Shown: piece by piece, positions 8,978 to 17,589 of the stretch
Layout: each line of letters opens with the position of its first letter
How positions within the stretch are numbered: position 1 is the first letter of the stretch
DNA from: Dehalococcoidia bacterium
GTDB taxonomy: Bacteria > Chloroflexota > Dehalococcoidia > Lucifugimonadales > JAGWBF01
DNA: 64,000 bases
Assembly (NCBI GenBank): GCA_965247055.1
Contig: CBDFGE010000001.1
Location: 145,956 to 209,955, forward strand
Direction of reading: 5' to 3'
Translations under genes and position numbers: made by a program
The notes under the pieces: model-generated
Databases searched by the model: none
Told to the model about the DNA's origin: nothing
The model's input: the letters and a program-made list of their open reading frames with translations, nothing else

Positions 8978-9719
8978 CCAGATACCCCTTTATCAACCGT
9001 GCAGATTCCTCTACGACCCTCTCCTGATACTCGGCGATCTTATGTCTAGGTATCTCGCCGTACACTCCTCCGAGGCTGTCCGGGACACAGCGGAGGAACT
9101 CATCGACTATCTCCGCGGCGCCGGAGTCATCACTGTACATCCGGCGCGCCATGAAGCGTAGCCGCTCCCACGTCAGGTCCCAGGTGTTGAATTTCGACAC
9201 CCACTCCCGCCACTCGGTAAGGGTCTCGGGGCTGATGAACCCCACCTCTATCCCCTGCTCCGAGCCCTCCAACGAGGCCCTTATCTGCTCAAAATCACCC
9301 AGCCACTCCCTGGCCGCCATGTCCATGTCCAGCTGCAGTGCCCTGTCCCATATATTCGCCCGCACCTGGTCGCCAGGGCGGTGCCCGTTGAAATATGGGC
9401 GGTATATCTCCACGATCCAGGTCTCGTCCGCAACCAGGTGGGTGAAATACCCGGAGAGGAAAGCCCTGGTAGCGTCGTCGATCCGTGACGAGTCGGCAAG
9501 GTGAGGATGGGCATTAAGCAGGCCCTCCACACCGGCGCCGACATGGTCTACCGCCAGCGGGGCGAAGTGGGTCTGGTCCCTCTTCCATTTGGTGATTATT
9601 CTAATGTCGGGCGACGTTGACCCAAGGAGGAAGGAGCCTAGATGCCCCTCGACCACGGGGTGGGCGAGGCGAGAGGAGGTCCGCCATGCCAGGCACAAAT
9701 GGGTTGGCAGGTTGGGCAC
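8958..9719 (-). CDS. zinc-dependent phospholipase C-like / metal-dependent hydrolase family protein, function unknown
   Basis: 253 aa. N-terminal PTHLCLA, then LLGSTSPD...THF and GYFTHLVADE His/Asp-rich motifs resemble the Zn_dep_PLPC-type fold. The GTG start is 1 nt after the hisG stop, and the gene overlaps the hisD start by 20 nt. Confidence 0.5.
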   Translation of the reverse strand: MPNLPTHLCLAWRTSSRLAHPVVEGHLGSFLLGSTSPDIRIITKWKRDQTHFAPLAVDHVGAGVEGLLNAHPHLADSSRIDDATRAFLSGYFTHLVADETWIVEIYRPYFNGHRPGDQVRANIWDRALQLDMDMAAREWLGDFEQIRASLEGSEQGIEVGFISPETLTEWREWVSKFNTWDLTWERLRFMARRMYSDDSGAAEIVDEFLRCVPDSLGGVYGEIPRHKIAEYQERVVEESARLIKGYLGAPEAD

Positions 9720-9720
9720 G

Positions 9721-10842
9721 TCAAACCTTCTCCAGGAATTCCAGCAGCCTCTGGTAGGCCTGGCAGCGGTCTTTGAAGAGGTAGCCCACTTGGGAGGAGG
9801 AGATGTCCAGACCTCCGGCTCGACGAAGGTGCTCCACGGCGTCCAGCAGCTTATCTTTGGCCACCACCAGACTCACTGCATACCAGTCGTCCTCGGAGTT
9901 GCCGTACACCCGGGAGATAGTGGGCCCCTGGAGCCCCGCCAGATCGGGTCTGGTGAGGAGGTTGGCGGCCACCATCTCGGGCGATGAGCCTCGCACGTTG
10001 GCGGTGAGGCGGTAGAACGACCCCGCCCGCAGATTGGCCTCCATCAGCTCCAGCATGGCCCGGGCCAGCTCCAGGCCCTGGGAAGAGTCTCGAAGCAGCC
10101 GGCGGTTGCCTATCAGGCAAGCCTGGGATACCAGGATGGTCCCGTCCTCCACCGTCTTGAGTCTGTTCTCCCGGAGGGTGACTCCGCTGGCGGAGAGATC
10201 GGCGATGACGTCGGCGTAGCCGGCCACGGGCGCTGCCTCCAGGGTGCCGCTAGCCTGCACTAGGGTGAAGTGGTGAATCCCCCTGCCATATAGGAACTCC
10301 CCCAGCAGCCGGGGGTACTTGGTAGCGATGCGCAGCTGCTTCCCCTCCTGCCGGAACTCAGCCGCCAGGTCTGCCAGGTCGTCCAGTGAGGACATGTCTA
10401 GCCACGAGTCTGGGATTGCCAGCACAAGCTCGCAATGGCCGAAGCCGAGGTCTTCGATGATGGGAACCACCGGGCTCCCCTCACGCCGGGACTCCAGGAA
10501 CCGGTCAAGTCCGGTAATCCCGAGCTCGGCGCTCCCCTCCTCTACCTTAGAGGTGACGTCGGCGGTGCGTTGAAACAGCACGGTAGCCCCTGGCAAAGTG
10601 GGGATACGGGCGGTGTAGCGGCGGCTGCTGGGCCGGTTCACCGTGATGCCACAGCGGCCCAAGAAGGCCAGCGAAGGCTCGTACAGGTCGCCATCGCTGG
10701 GCAGGACCAGCCGCAGATTCCCCTCCTTCTCTGCCGCCGTGCCCCCGGTCCGGGCTGCCCTGGGCTGCGGGCCCTCGAAGGACACGCCATTCCCGCTGAG
10801 CCCTCCCAAGCCGGCCGCGAATCTGGACGAAGGGTACGTCAT
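9721..10842 (-). CDS. hisG: ATP phosphoribosyltransferase, long form with C-terminal regulatory domain
   Basis: LRLVLPSDGDLYEPSLAFL start region. The C-terminal HisG_C-like segment contains LAGLQGPTISRV. The ~40 aa N-terminal extension may be an artefact: an internal aaggagggg sequence precedes LRLVLPS. Confidence 0.88.
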   Translation of the reverse strand: MTYPSSRFAAGLGGLSGNGVSFEGPQPRAARTGGTAAEKEGNLRLVLPSDGDLYEPSLAFLGRCGITVNRPSSRRYTARIPTLPGATVLFQRTADVTSKVEEGSAELGITGLDRFLESRREGSPVVPIIEDLGFGHCELVLAIPDSWLDMSSLDDLADLAAEFRQEGKQLRIATKYPRLLGEFLYGRGIHHFTLVQASGTLEAAPVAGYADVIADLSASGVTLRENRLKTVEDGTILVSQACLIGNRRLLRDSSQGLELARAMLELMEANLRAGSFYRLTANVRGSSPEMVAANLLTRPDLAGLQGPTISRVYGNSEDDWYAVSLVVAKDKLLDAVEHLRRAGGLDISSSQVGYLFKDRCQAYQRLLEFLEKV

Positions 10843-10852
10843 CGGCGGGCCG

Positions 10853-12322
10853 TTACCTTTCTCTCCGGCTGCCTGAAGGAGCCGCCTGGATCAGGTGACT
10901 GCTGCGCTGCCCATCGGCTTCCACCGTGATTACCTCTGAGATGTTCCTGGCCCGCGCGTACGATAGACTCTCTTCCACGCTCATGCCGCAGACTTCCACC
11001 TCCGCCACCATCCCTTTTTCACGGAGCTCGCCTGCCAGACGCAGCGCCTCTCGGTAAGCTTCGTCACTGGAGGCGGACACCAGAACGGAGCCACCGGCAC
11101 CGTCCAGTCCCCGCTGATTTCCCTGCGCGTCGAGGACCTCCACTATGTGCTCAAGCGTGTAGGCAAAGCCGAGGGCAGGCGTGTTGGAGGGGCCTCCCAA
11201 TGCCCTGGCCAGGCTGTCGTACCTGCCGCCGCCCCCGAGGGAGTGCTCAAGGGACGGGTGGACGATCTCGAACACCGTGCCCGTGTAATAGGCCAAGCCC
11301 CTGGCCAGGCCGAAGTCCAGTACCACAGCCGCACCGTCGGTCTGGGTCAGGTCCAGAATGGCCATCGTTTCCCTCAGCCTATCGAGGACCGAGGTGTCCA
11401 TGCCGGAGGATTCGATGACCTTTCCCGCCTCCGCAAGGGCGGCACCGGGCTCGCCCGCCACGCCGGCCAGATTGTAAGCCATCTCCAGTCCCCTTCTCAG
11501 CCTGTCCGGTTCATCCGTACCTTTGAGCTTGCGAAGCAGGCGCTCCACTACCTGCGAGGGCTGACGCTGGCCCAGCGATCCGACCTCTGCCCACTGGAGC
11601 AGCCCGTGCAGCAGCTCCCGGGACTCCTCCTCCTCCATCCCTCCCAGGGCCACGCTGAGGTAGCTGTGCCGGGGATCGGAGGCCAGCAGCCGAATCTGTA
11701 CCGCTTTCTCCAGCGCCGCGTCCAAGGCACCCTCGCCGGCCTTCAACCCAGTCACGCTACCCAGGATGAACTCCACCGCCCGCTCGGAAAGGGAAAGGGG
11801 CCCCAGAAGCCGGTACAGCACCCCTACGTCCCCTATCGCCAGCTGGTGACCGGTGAGCCCCAGGCCCGACAGCGCCGTGCAGCTCAGGGAGAGGATCTCC
11901 GCATCGGCCCTCGGACCGGCGACGCCCAGGACCTCGGCTCCCATCTGGGTGAACTGGCGGTAGGCTGTAGCATCCTTTTCGTAACGAAAGACCGGGCCCG
12001 CGTACTGGACACGTAACGGCAGCGCCGTCGCCGTCAGACCCTCTTCGAGGAAGTGCCTGATTATTGAGGCGGTATACTCCGGGCGCAGGCTCACGTGGTT
12101 GCCACCGGGATCGGAGAAGGAGTACATCCGTGTGGCTAGCTCACCCCCGGACTTGCGCAGGAACAGCTCCGTGGGCTCGAGCACCGGCGTTTCGAGAACC
12201 TGGTAACCGTAGGAGGAGAAGGTCTCCCTCAACTGGTCGGTGGCGGCCTTCAACGGCCGCCAGGTCGCGGGGGTAAGGTCACGAGTTCCATGGAGGTGCC
12301 GGAGCTTTTCCATATATCCCAA
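10853..12322 (-). CDS. histidyl-tRNA synthetase-like protein (HisS, or a HisZ-type regulatory paralog)
   Basis: 489 aa class-II aaRS. HGTRDLTP, FRYEK..AYRQFTQMGAEVLG, LARGLAYYTG and GGGGRYDSL are present. A C-terminal anticodon-binding-like domain is present. Motif 2 is partly degenerate (see findings). Confidence 0.8.
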   Translation of the reverse strand: MGYMEKLRHLHGTRDLTPATWRPLKAATDQLRETFSSYGYQVLETPVLEPTELFLRKSGGELATRMYSFSDPGGNHVSLRPEYTASIIRHFLEEGLTATALPLRVQYAGPVFRYEKDATAYRQFTQMGAEVLGVAGPRADAEILSLSCTALSGLGLTGHQLAIGDVGVLYRLLGPLSLSERAVEFILGSVTGLKAGEGALDAALEKAVQIRLLASDPRHSYLSVALGGMEEEESRELLHGLLQWAEVGSLGQRQPSQVVERLLRKLKGTDEPDRLRRGLEMAYNLAGVAGEPGAALAEAGKVIESSGMDTSVLDRLRETMAILDLTQTDGAAVVLDFGLARGLAYYTGTVFEIVHPSLEHSLGGGGRYDSLARALGGPSNTPALGFAYTLEHIVEVLDAQGNQRGLDGAGGSVLVSASSDEAYREALRLAGELREKGMVAEVEVCGMSVEESLSYARARNISEVITVEADGQRSSHLIQAAPSGSRRER

Positions 12323-12676
12323 CGGGGGTATTGTACACCAAAAGGCGACGCGTAGGAAATAGAAGACGCCGTCACGGATGGGCCATCAGGCCTCCGTCCA
12401 CGTAGACGGCATGGCCGGTGGTGTAGTCGCAGGCGTCGGATGCTAGATAGACCAGGAGGGGAGCGATGTCCCGGGGGTGCCCCTTCCGCCGGAGGGGGAT
12501 GTAGCGGACCAGAAGCTCCTTCTGGGCCTCTTCGGGGGGCAACTCCTCGGCGCTGAACCAGCCGATGCCGATGGCGTTTACCCGTATGTTTTGCCTTCCC
12601 CACTCCAGGGCCAGGGCTCGGGTAAGCTGAAGCACGGCTCCCTGGCTGGCGCAGAATGCCGCCGAGTTCCACAGGG

Positions 12677-14348
12677 ATGTTGTAGGTCTACAATTTTGTC
12701 AGTAGGTAACTGTTCAGGGAAAATGTCAGTTTATGGAAGGACTGACATTGAGTACGAAAGAGCAGAACCGGTTACATATCTTGAACGGAGTATTAGAGCG
12801 GCACTGGACGATGAAGGAGGCGGCCCCGCTGCTTGGAGTAAATGAACGTCAGGGATGGCGAGTGCTGGCGGCCTATCGTAAGGAAGGGGCCAGAGGAGTG
12901 GTGCATAAGAACCGGGGCCGGGTGCCACCCAACGCGACTCCAGAGACCATCCAGCAGCAGGTGGCGAGCCTGGCCCAAGAACGCTACGAGGGGATCAACC
13001 ATACCCATCTGACCGAGTTGCTGGCCGAGCGGGAAGGGGTGATGTTATCCAGGCCCACGCTAAGGCGAATTCTGGTACGGGCCGGATTGACCAGCCCCCG
13101 CCACCGCCGGCCACCACAACATCGGTGTCGCCGACAACGGATGCCTCAGGAGGGGATGCTGCTCCAATTGGACGGGAGCCACCACCTCTGGCTGGAGGAC
13201 CGGGGGCCCTGGCTAACGCTGCTGCTGGCGGTGGACGACGCTACCGGGACGGCACCCTATGCACTATTCCAGGAACAGGAGGATACCCGAGGCTACCTGT
13301 CCCTGCTCCAGGGCATCATTGAACGTCGGGGGGTGCCGATGGCGGTGTACACCGATGGGCATGCCGTCTTTCAGCCACGGCGTCGTCCATCGGACCTATC
13401 CCAGGTTCCCGGGAAAGGACCATCAACCCAATGGAGCCGGGCCCTGGGAGAACTGGGGATCACCCAGATATTGGCCCACAGTCCCGAGGCCAAAGGAAGG
13501 GTGGAGCGAGCCAACGGCACCTTCCAGGACAGGCTGGTGGCGGAACTTCGTCTGGCTGGCGCTTGCACCCTGGCGGAGGCGAATCAAGTGCTGGCCAAGT
13601 TTCTGCCTCGGTTCAACCAGCGCTTCGGGGTGCCTGCGGACCAGGCGGAGTCGGCCTACCGGCCAGTGAACCCGGAGTTGGACCTGGGTGGCGTGCTGTG
13701 CATCAAGGAGTTGCGCAGAGTGGCCAAAGACGACACGGTGCAATACCACGGGCGGGCTTTGCAACTCTTTCCCAGTCTGGAGCGCCCCAGCTATGCCGGG
13801 GCCCGAGTAGAGGTGCAGGAACGTCTGGATGGTCGTCTGCTGGTGCGGCATCGGGAGCAGATTCTGACTCCCCAAGAAGCGCCGGCGCTAGCTACTGAAC
13901 TCCGGGCTCGGGTGACGGCCGGTCCGGTGACAGCGATTCTTCCCGACCCGGATCCGACGGACTGGAGGCCCAAGCAACGTATCAGAGCCCCGGTGCTTCT
14001 AGGACCCCTGGCTGGCGAGACCATCTGGTATGAGGACGCCGCAAGGAAGCAGGTCCACCGGGACCTGGTGGTGGCCGGGATGGAGCGGGCGCGGCAGCAG
14101 GGCAAGCGCATCGGCCGGCCCTCGGTGAATGAACGCCCGAGTTTGAGCAGCGATTCGCCGCGGTGGTGCAGCGCATCGGATCGGGAGAGCTTTCCAGAAA
14201 TCAAGCTGCCAGAGAACTGGGCATCGGCTATGCCACCCTCAAGCGCCTCCTCCAGGCCTGGGAACAGCCCAACGCCAAGCCATCTATTTCACTTTCGGTG
14301 AAACCAAGCAGCGGTAAGGACTACTGACATTTTCGGTGAACAACGACA
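12677..14348 (+). mobile_element. insertion sequence, ISNCY-like (HTH + DDE/integrase-core transposase), about 1.67 kb
   Basis: Flanked by the direct repeat ACAGGG (12671..12676 and 14349..14354). The terminal inverted repeats are imperfect, about 28 bp, and share TGT...TGTCAGTAG. It sits inside an SDR-like ORF. Confidence 0.75.
12733..14301 (+). CDS. IS transposase (ISNCY-family-like) with an N-terminal HTH; the C-terminal tail is probably frameshifted
   Basis: LSTKEQNRLHILNGVLERHWTMKEAAPLLGVNERQGWRVLAAYRKEGARGVVHKNRGR is the typical N-terminus of this transposase class. A DDE-type core follows (LLQLDGSHH...VDDATG...YTDGH). Confidence 0.8.
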   Translation: MEGLTLSTKEQNRLHILNGVLERHWTMKEAAPLLGVNERQGWRVLAAYRKEGARGVVHKNRGRVPPNATPETIQQQVASLAQERYEGINHTHLTELLAEREGVMLSRPTLRRILVRAGLTSPRHRRPPQHRCRRQRMPQEGMLLQLDGSHHLWLEDRGPWLTLLLAVDDATGTAPYALFQEQEDTRGYLSLLQGIIERRGVPMAVYTDGHAVFQPRRRPSDLSQVPGKGPSTQWSRALGELGITQILAHSPEAKGRVERANGTFQDRLVAELRLAGACTLAEANQVLAKFLPRFNQRFGVPADQAESAYRPVNPELDLGGVLCIKELRRVAKDDTVQYHGRALQLFPSLERPSYAGARVEVQERLDGRLLVRHREQILTPQEAPALATELRARVTAGPVTAILPDPDPTDWRPKQRIRAPVLLGPLAGETIWYEDAARKQVHRDLVVAGMERARQQGKRIGRPSVNERPSLSSDSPRWCSASDRESFPEIKLPENWASAMPPSSASSRPGNSPTPSHLFHFR

Positions 14349-14858
14349 ACAGGGCCCTTTCCGCCAGGCCGGATATTATGTTAATGATCCGTCCCCGTCC
14401 CCCCAGAACCATCCGCCTTCCCACCGCCCGGCACGTCACGTAGACGGTCGTCACGTTCCGCCGCATCACGGCCTCGAACTCGCCGAGAGTGACCTGGTCG
14501 AAGGGTCTGGCGAACTCCGTGCGAAAATCGTTCACCAGTACATCCAACCGGCCCCATCGGGAGATGACGTCGTCCAGGGCCGCCTCCACGTCACCCTCTA
14601 TGGAGGCATCACAAACGCTACCGAAGGCCTGACCTCCCAGCTTCCCTACCCTCTCCACCACCTCCTTCATGAGCTCGCGCCGCGCCGCCATGACGTAGAC
14701 GCTGGCGCCGGCCTCGGCCAGCACCTCAGCCAGATAGGGGGTAAACTCGTTGCCCTCTCCGGCCAGGACAGCCACTTTGTCGGTCAGCCTGTACTCTTCC
14801 AGGAGGGGCATCCTCGTCTCCTCGCTAACGGCGGTGCTCGACCACGGCACGGCCGGGA

Positions 14859-15674
14859 CTAGTCGCCGGGCTGAATCCCCAGGGGGGTCAGCGGCGCGTG
14901 TCCCGTCGGTGCGTAGCCTGCCGCCAGCCCCCCTCCATCCAGAGTAAGCATCTCGCCGTTCATGTAGTCCGAGGCGTCGGAGGCCAGGAAAACGGCGATG
15001 GGGCCGATGTCTCCCGGCTCCCCCAGCCTGCCGGTGGGTATCACCTCCCCCGACCTGGGCAGGCTGTCCCGCATGGCCTCGGTCCCGCGAGTGGGTATGA
15101 ACCCCGGCACAATGGTGTTGGCCGTCACGCCGTAGCGGGCCAGGCTCATGGCGAGGGTGCGGGTCAGCTGTACCATGCCCCCCTTGCTGCGCGTATATAC
15201 GTATATGTCACGCCCACCCCTGAGGCCAAACCCGGAGGCCACGTTGATTATTTTCCCGCTACCCCGTTCCACCATGTGTTTGGCCACCGCCCGGGAGCAG
15301 TAAGAGGCGCCGCTCAAGTTCGTTTCCAGACCCGACCGCCACTCTTCGTCGCTTATATCCCATATAGGCCGGGGAGATTCCCCGGTCCGACCGGCATTGT
15401 TGATCAGCACGTCTACCTTGCCGAACCGGTCCAGGGCCCGGGCCACCATGCCGTCCACCTGCGGGGAGTCGGTGACATCGGTTGAAACCGCCAGGGCGTG
15501 CCTTCCCAGTCCCTCCACCTCCCGGACCGTCTCTTCGATGGGCTGCCGCCTCCGGGCTGCTATTACCAGGTCGGCCCCGGCCCTGGCCAGGGAGCGCACC
15601 ATGGCCCTGCCCAGCCCAGTGCCCCCGCCGGTGACAACCACTACCTTCCCGTCGAGACTCAACCGCTGCAGCAA
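14859..15674 (-). CDS. SDR family oxidoreductase (classical, FabG-like)
   Basis: 271 aa. VVVVTGGGTGLGRA, NNAG and the SGF...YVYTRSKGG catalytic region are present. Confidence 0.9.
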   Translation of the reverse strand: MLQRLSLDGKVVVVTGGGTGLGRAMVRSLARAGADLVIAARRRQPIEETVREVEGLGRHALAVSTDVTDSPQVDGMVARALDRFGKVDVLINNAGRTGESPRPIWDISDEEWRSGLETNLSGASYCSRAVAKHMVERGSGKIINVASGFGLRGGRDIYVYTRSKGGMVQLTRTLAMSLARYGVTANTIVPGFIPTRGTEAMRDSLPRSGEVIPTGRLGEPGDIGPIAVFLASDASDYMNGEMLTLDGGGLAAGYAPTGHAPLTPLGIQPGD

Positions 15675-15677
15675 CCT

Positions 15678-16526
15678 CTACTCCCCGCCTCCGGCAACCG
15701 TGCCCGCCGTGACTTCGCCAGCGGGGAGGGTTACCAAAGTGCCATCCGCCTGGCGCAGCATAAGGTTCCCCAAGTCATCCACATCCTCGGCATAGCCGGC
15801 GTACACGTCCTCTCCCCACCGCACTTGCACCTCTCTTCCCAGCGTCTCCAGAAGGCCTCGCCACTCCGCCATCACCTGCTCAAGACTCCCATCTCCCAAG
15901 GACCGGGCGGGGGCGCTCGCGTGCGGACCTCCGTTGATCCCCCTGAGGGGCAGGTATAGCTTGTCCACCTCCTGGAGGAGGTTTCGCAGGAGGGCCTCCC
16001 GCCCTACCTCGGTGCCCGCCTCTAGGTGCAGGCTGGTGGCTATGTCCGCCAGGCCATCCACCACGGAAAGGTCGAGGGCAACGTTTATACCAATACCCAC
16101 TATCGCGTACCGGACCGAGTCTCCCAGAAGCGAGCTCTCCACCAAGACACCGCACACCTTCTTCCCGCCTAGCCGGACGTCGTTGGGCCACTTAATGGTG
16201 GGCCTCAGGCCTATCGTCTTTCTGATGGCCCGTGCCATCGCGACCCCCGATACGATGCTGAGGTACTGGAGCGCCTGGCGCGAGGGGCGCAGCACAATAG
16301 AGAGGTAGAGGTTCCCCTCTTGGGTAACCCAGACCCGGTCGAAACGGCCTCGCGCGGCCGTCTGCTCCTCTGCCAGGACCACCGTACCGTCCTCGGCGCC
16401 TTCTAAGGCCAGGCGCGCCGCCTCGTCCATGGTCGACGAGACCCTCCGGAAATAGAGGACCCGCCGGCCCACGACGCGGGTGTAGAGACCTTCCCTCAAC
16501 ATGCCGGCCACGACGTTCCTGGGCAA
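15678..16526 (-). CDS. birA: biotin--[acetyl-CoA-carboxylase] ligase (group I, no N-terminal repressor HTH)
   Basis: 282 aa. EEQTAARGRFDRVW..GNLYLSIVLRP, KWPNDV and KVCGVLVE motifs. Confidence 0.88.
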   Translation of the reverse strand: MPRNVVAGMLREGLYTRVVGRRVLYFRRVSSTMDEAARLALEGAEDGTVVLAEEQTAARGRFDRVWVTQEGNLYLSIVLRPSRQALQYLSIVSGVAMARAIRKTIGLRPTIKWPNDVRLGGKKVCGVLVESSLLGDSVRYAIVGIGINVALDLSVVDGLADIATSLHLEAGTEVGREALLRNLLQEVDKLYLPLRGINGGPHASAPARSLGDGSLEQVMAEWRGLLETLGREVQVRWGEDVYAGYAEDVDDLGNLMLRQADGTLVTLPAGEVTAGTVAGGGE

Positions 16527-16565
16527 CCTACCTCCTCCACAAGCCGGGGAGCAGCGACCCTGGCC

Positions 16566-17003
16566 CTAGCGTCCGCGGCTGGGAAGGGCCAGTATGGCCT
16601 TCCCACCTATCATCTGCCCGCGGTCCTCAGTGGACAGAATCACATCGCACTCCACCAGGTGCTCCCCTCCATCCACCCGCATGTCGGTCACCACGGCCGT
16701 GATGACGACGGGCTTGTGGAACACCGGCTGCCGGAACACCACGTCCAGATGTTTGAGGGACACGGTGGGAGACCAGTCGGTGAGGAGCTGGGCCATCATG
16801 GCCATGCTCATTATCCCCGGCACGATACGGCCGGACAGACCTACCCTCTTCGCCTCATCCTCGTCCAGGAACCGATTGGGTCTGGGGCTGCCTCGTACAC
16901 GGCAGAAGGTCGCCACCGCCTCTTCGGAGATGTCCTTGTGCAGCGGGCCGATCTCATCGCCCAGATCCACGTCCTCGTAGTAACGTACGACGTTTTCGGC
17001 CAT
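16566..17003 (-). CDS. MaoC-like (R)-hydratase/dehydratase, hot-dog fold (HadB-like)
   Basis: 145 aa with a hot-dog fold and a GIMSMAMMAQLL pattern. Paired with the upstream MaoC-N-type gene. Confidence 0.82.
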   Translation of the reverse strand: MAENVVRYYEDVDLGDEIGPLHKDISEEAVATFCRVRGSPRPNRFLDEDEAKRVGLSGRIVPGIMSMAMMAQLLTDWSPTVSLKHLDVVFRQPVFHKPVVITAVVTDMRVDGGEHLVECDVILSTEDRGQMIGGKAILALPSRGR

Positions 17004-17007
17004 CTCC

Positions 17008-17451
17008 CTACTCCCTGGCCGCGTATGATTCTTGGACAGAGGCTACTCTCTCGCCCCTCTGGTTGGCGAAGATCGTCTCGAAAACGATAAAGACCATCGT
17101 GCCGGAGCGCCCTGTCTTGGGGTAAACCTCCTTCAAATAGGAGGAGGCCATCATGGAGTCCCCCGCCAGGATGGGAGCCAGTGGCTCCACGATCTGCCCC
17201 GCGTGGAACCGCGCATTTCCAAACTTCAGGTTGATGTCCGGTATCGTCTCTTCCCGCAAAAAGATAGTGCACAGGGTTGCGGGCGCCACCACCGTGGGGT
17301 GTCCCGCCTTCCTGGCTGCATCCTCGTCCAGGTAGATGGGGTTCGTCTCTCCCACGGCGAGACAGTAGTCCCGGATCAGCTCCTTGGTAATCTCGAAGGG
17401 TCCTGCCCGGTGCTCCTTGCCCAGGAGGGAGCGGTCGTACTCCAGGTCCAT
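17008..17451 (-). CDS. MaoC N-terminal-type dehydratase subunit (HadA-like, non-catalytic hot-dog)
   Basis: FEITKELIRDYCLAVGETNPIYLDEDAARKAGHPTVVAPATL. The start is placed at the internal ATG (MDLEYD), which has GAGGAGG upstream. The supplied ORF extends to 17538. Confidence 0.72.
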   Translation of the reverse strand: MDLEYDRSLLGKEHRAGPFEITKELIRDYCLAVGETNPIYLDEDAARKAGHPTVVAPATLCTIFLREETIPDINLKFGNARFHAGQIVEPLAPILAGDSMMASSYLKEVYPKTGRSGTMVFIVFETIFANQRGERVASVQESYAARE

Positions 17452-17589
17452 TGACGCTGGTAGCCTCCTCAGATGGTCTCGGCCAGAGCCGCAGCTACTC
17501 GATGGGGCTGGCGCTTGCCTCGTGCTAGGCCGGACCACGGCAGCGGCCGCGCCTACCGGCGTCAGCGACGGCCCCTCCAGGCAAGATGG

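Larger units (their letters stand above)
12372..14850 (-). pseudogene. SDR-like (short-chain dehydrogenase fold) gene interrupted by an IS. N-part 14355..14850, C-part 12372..12676
   Basis: The N fragment ends ...GRIINIISGLAERAL and the C fragment continues ...WNSAAFCASQGAVLQLTRALALEW...YVDGG. Removing 12677..14354 restores one 801-nt frame (verified codon by codon). Confidence 0.8.

Noticed and set aside
12250-12672. 140-aa ORF overlapping the C-terminal SDR fragment and the hisS-like start region.
   Set aside because: It is an out-of-frame shadow of the SDR fragment, Pro/Gly/Arg-rich, with no independent support.
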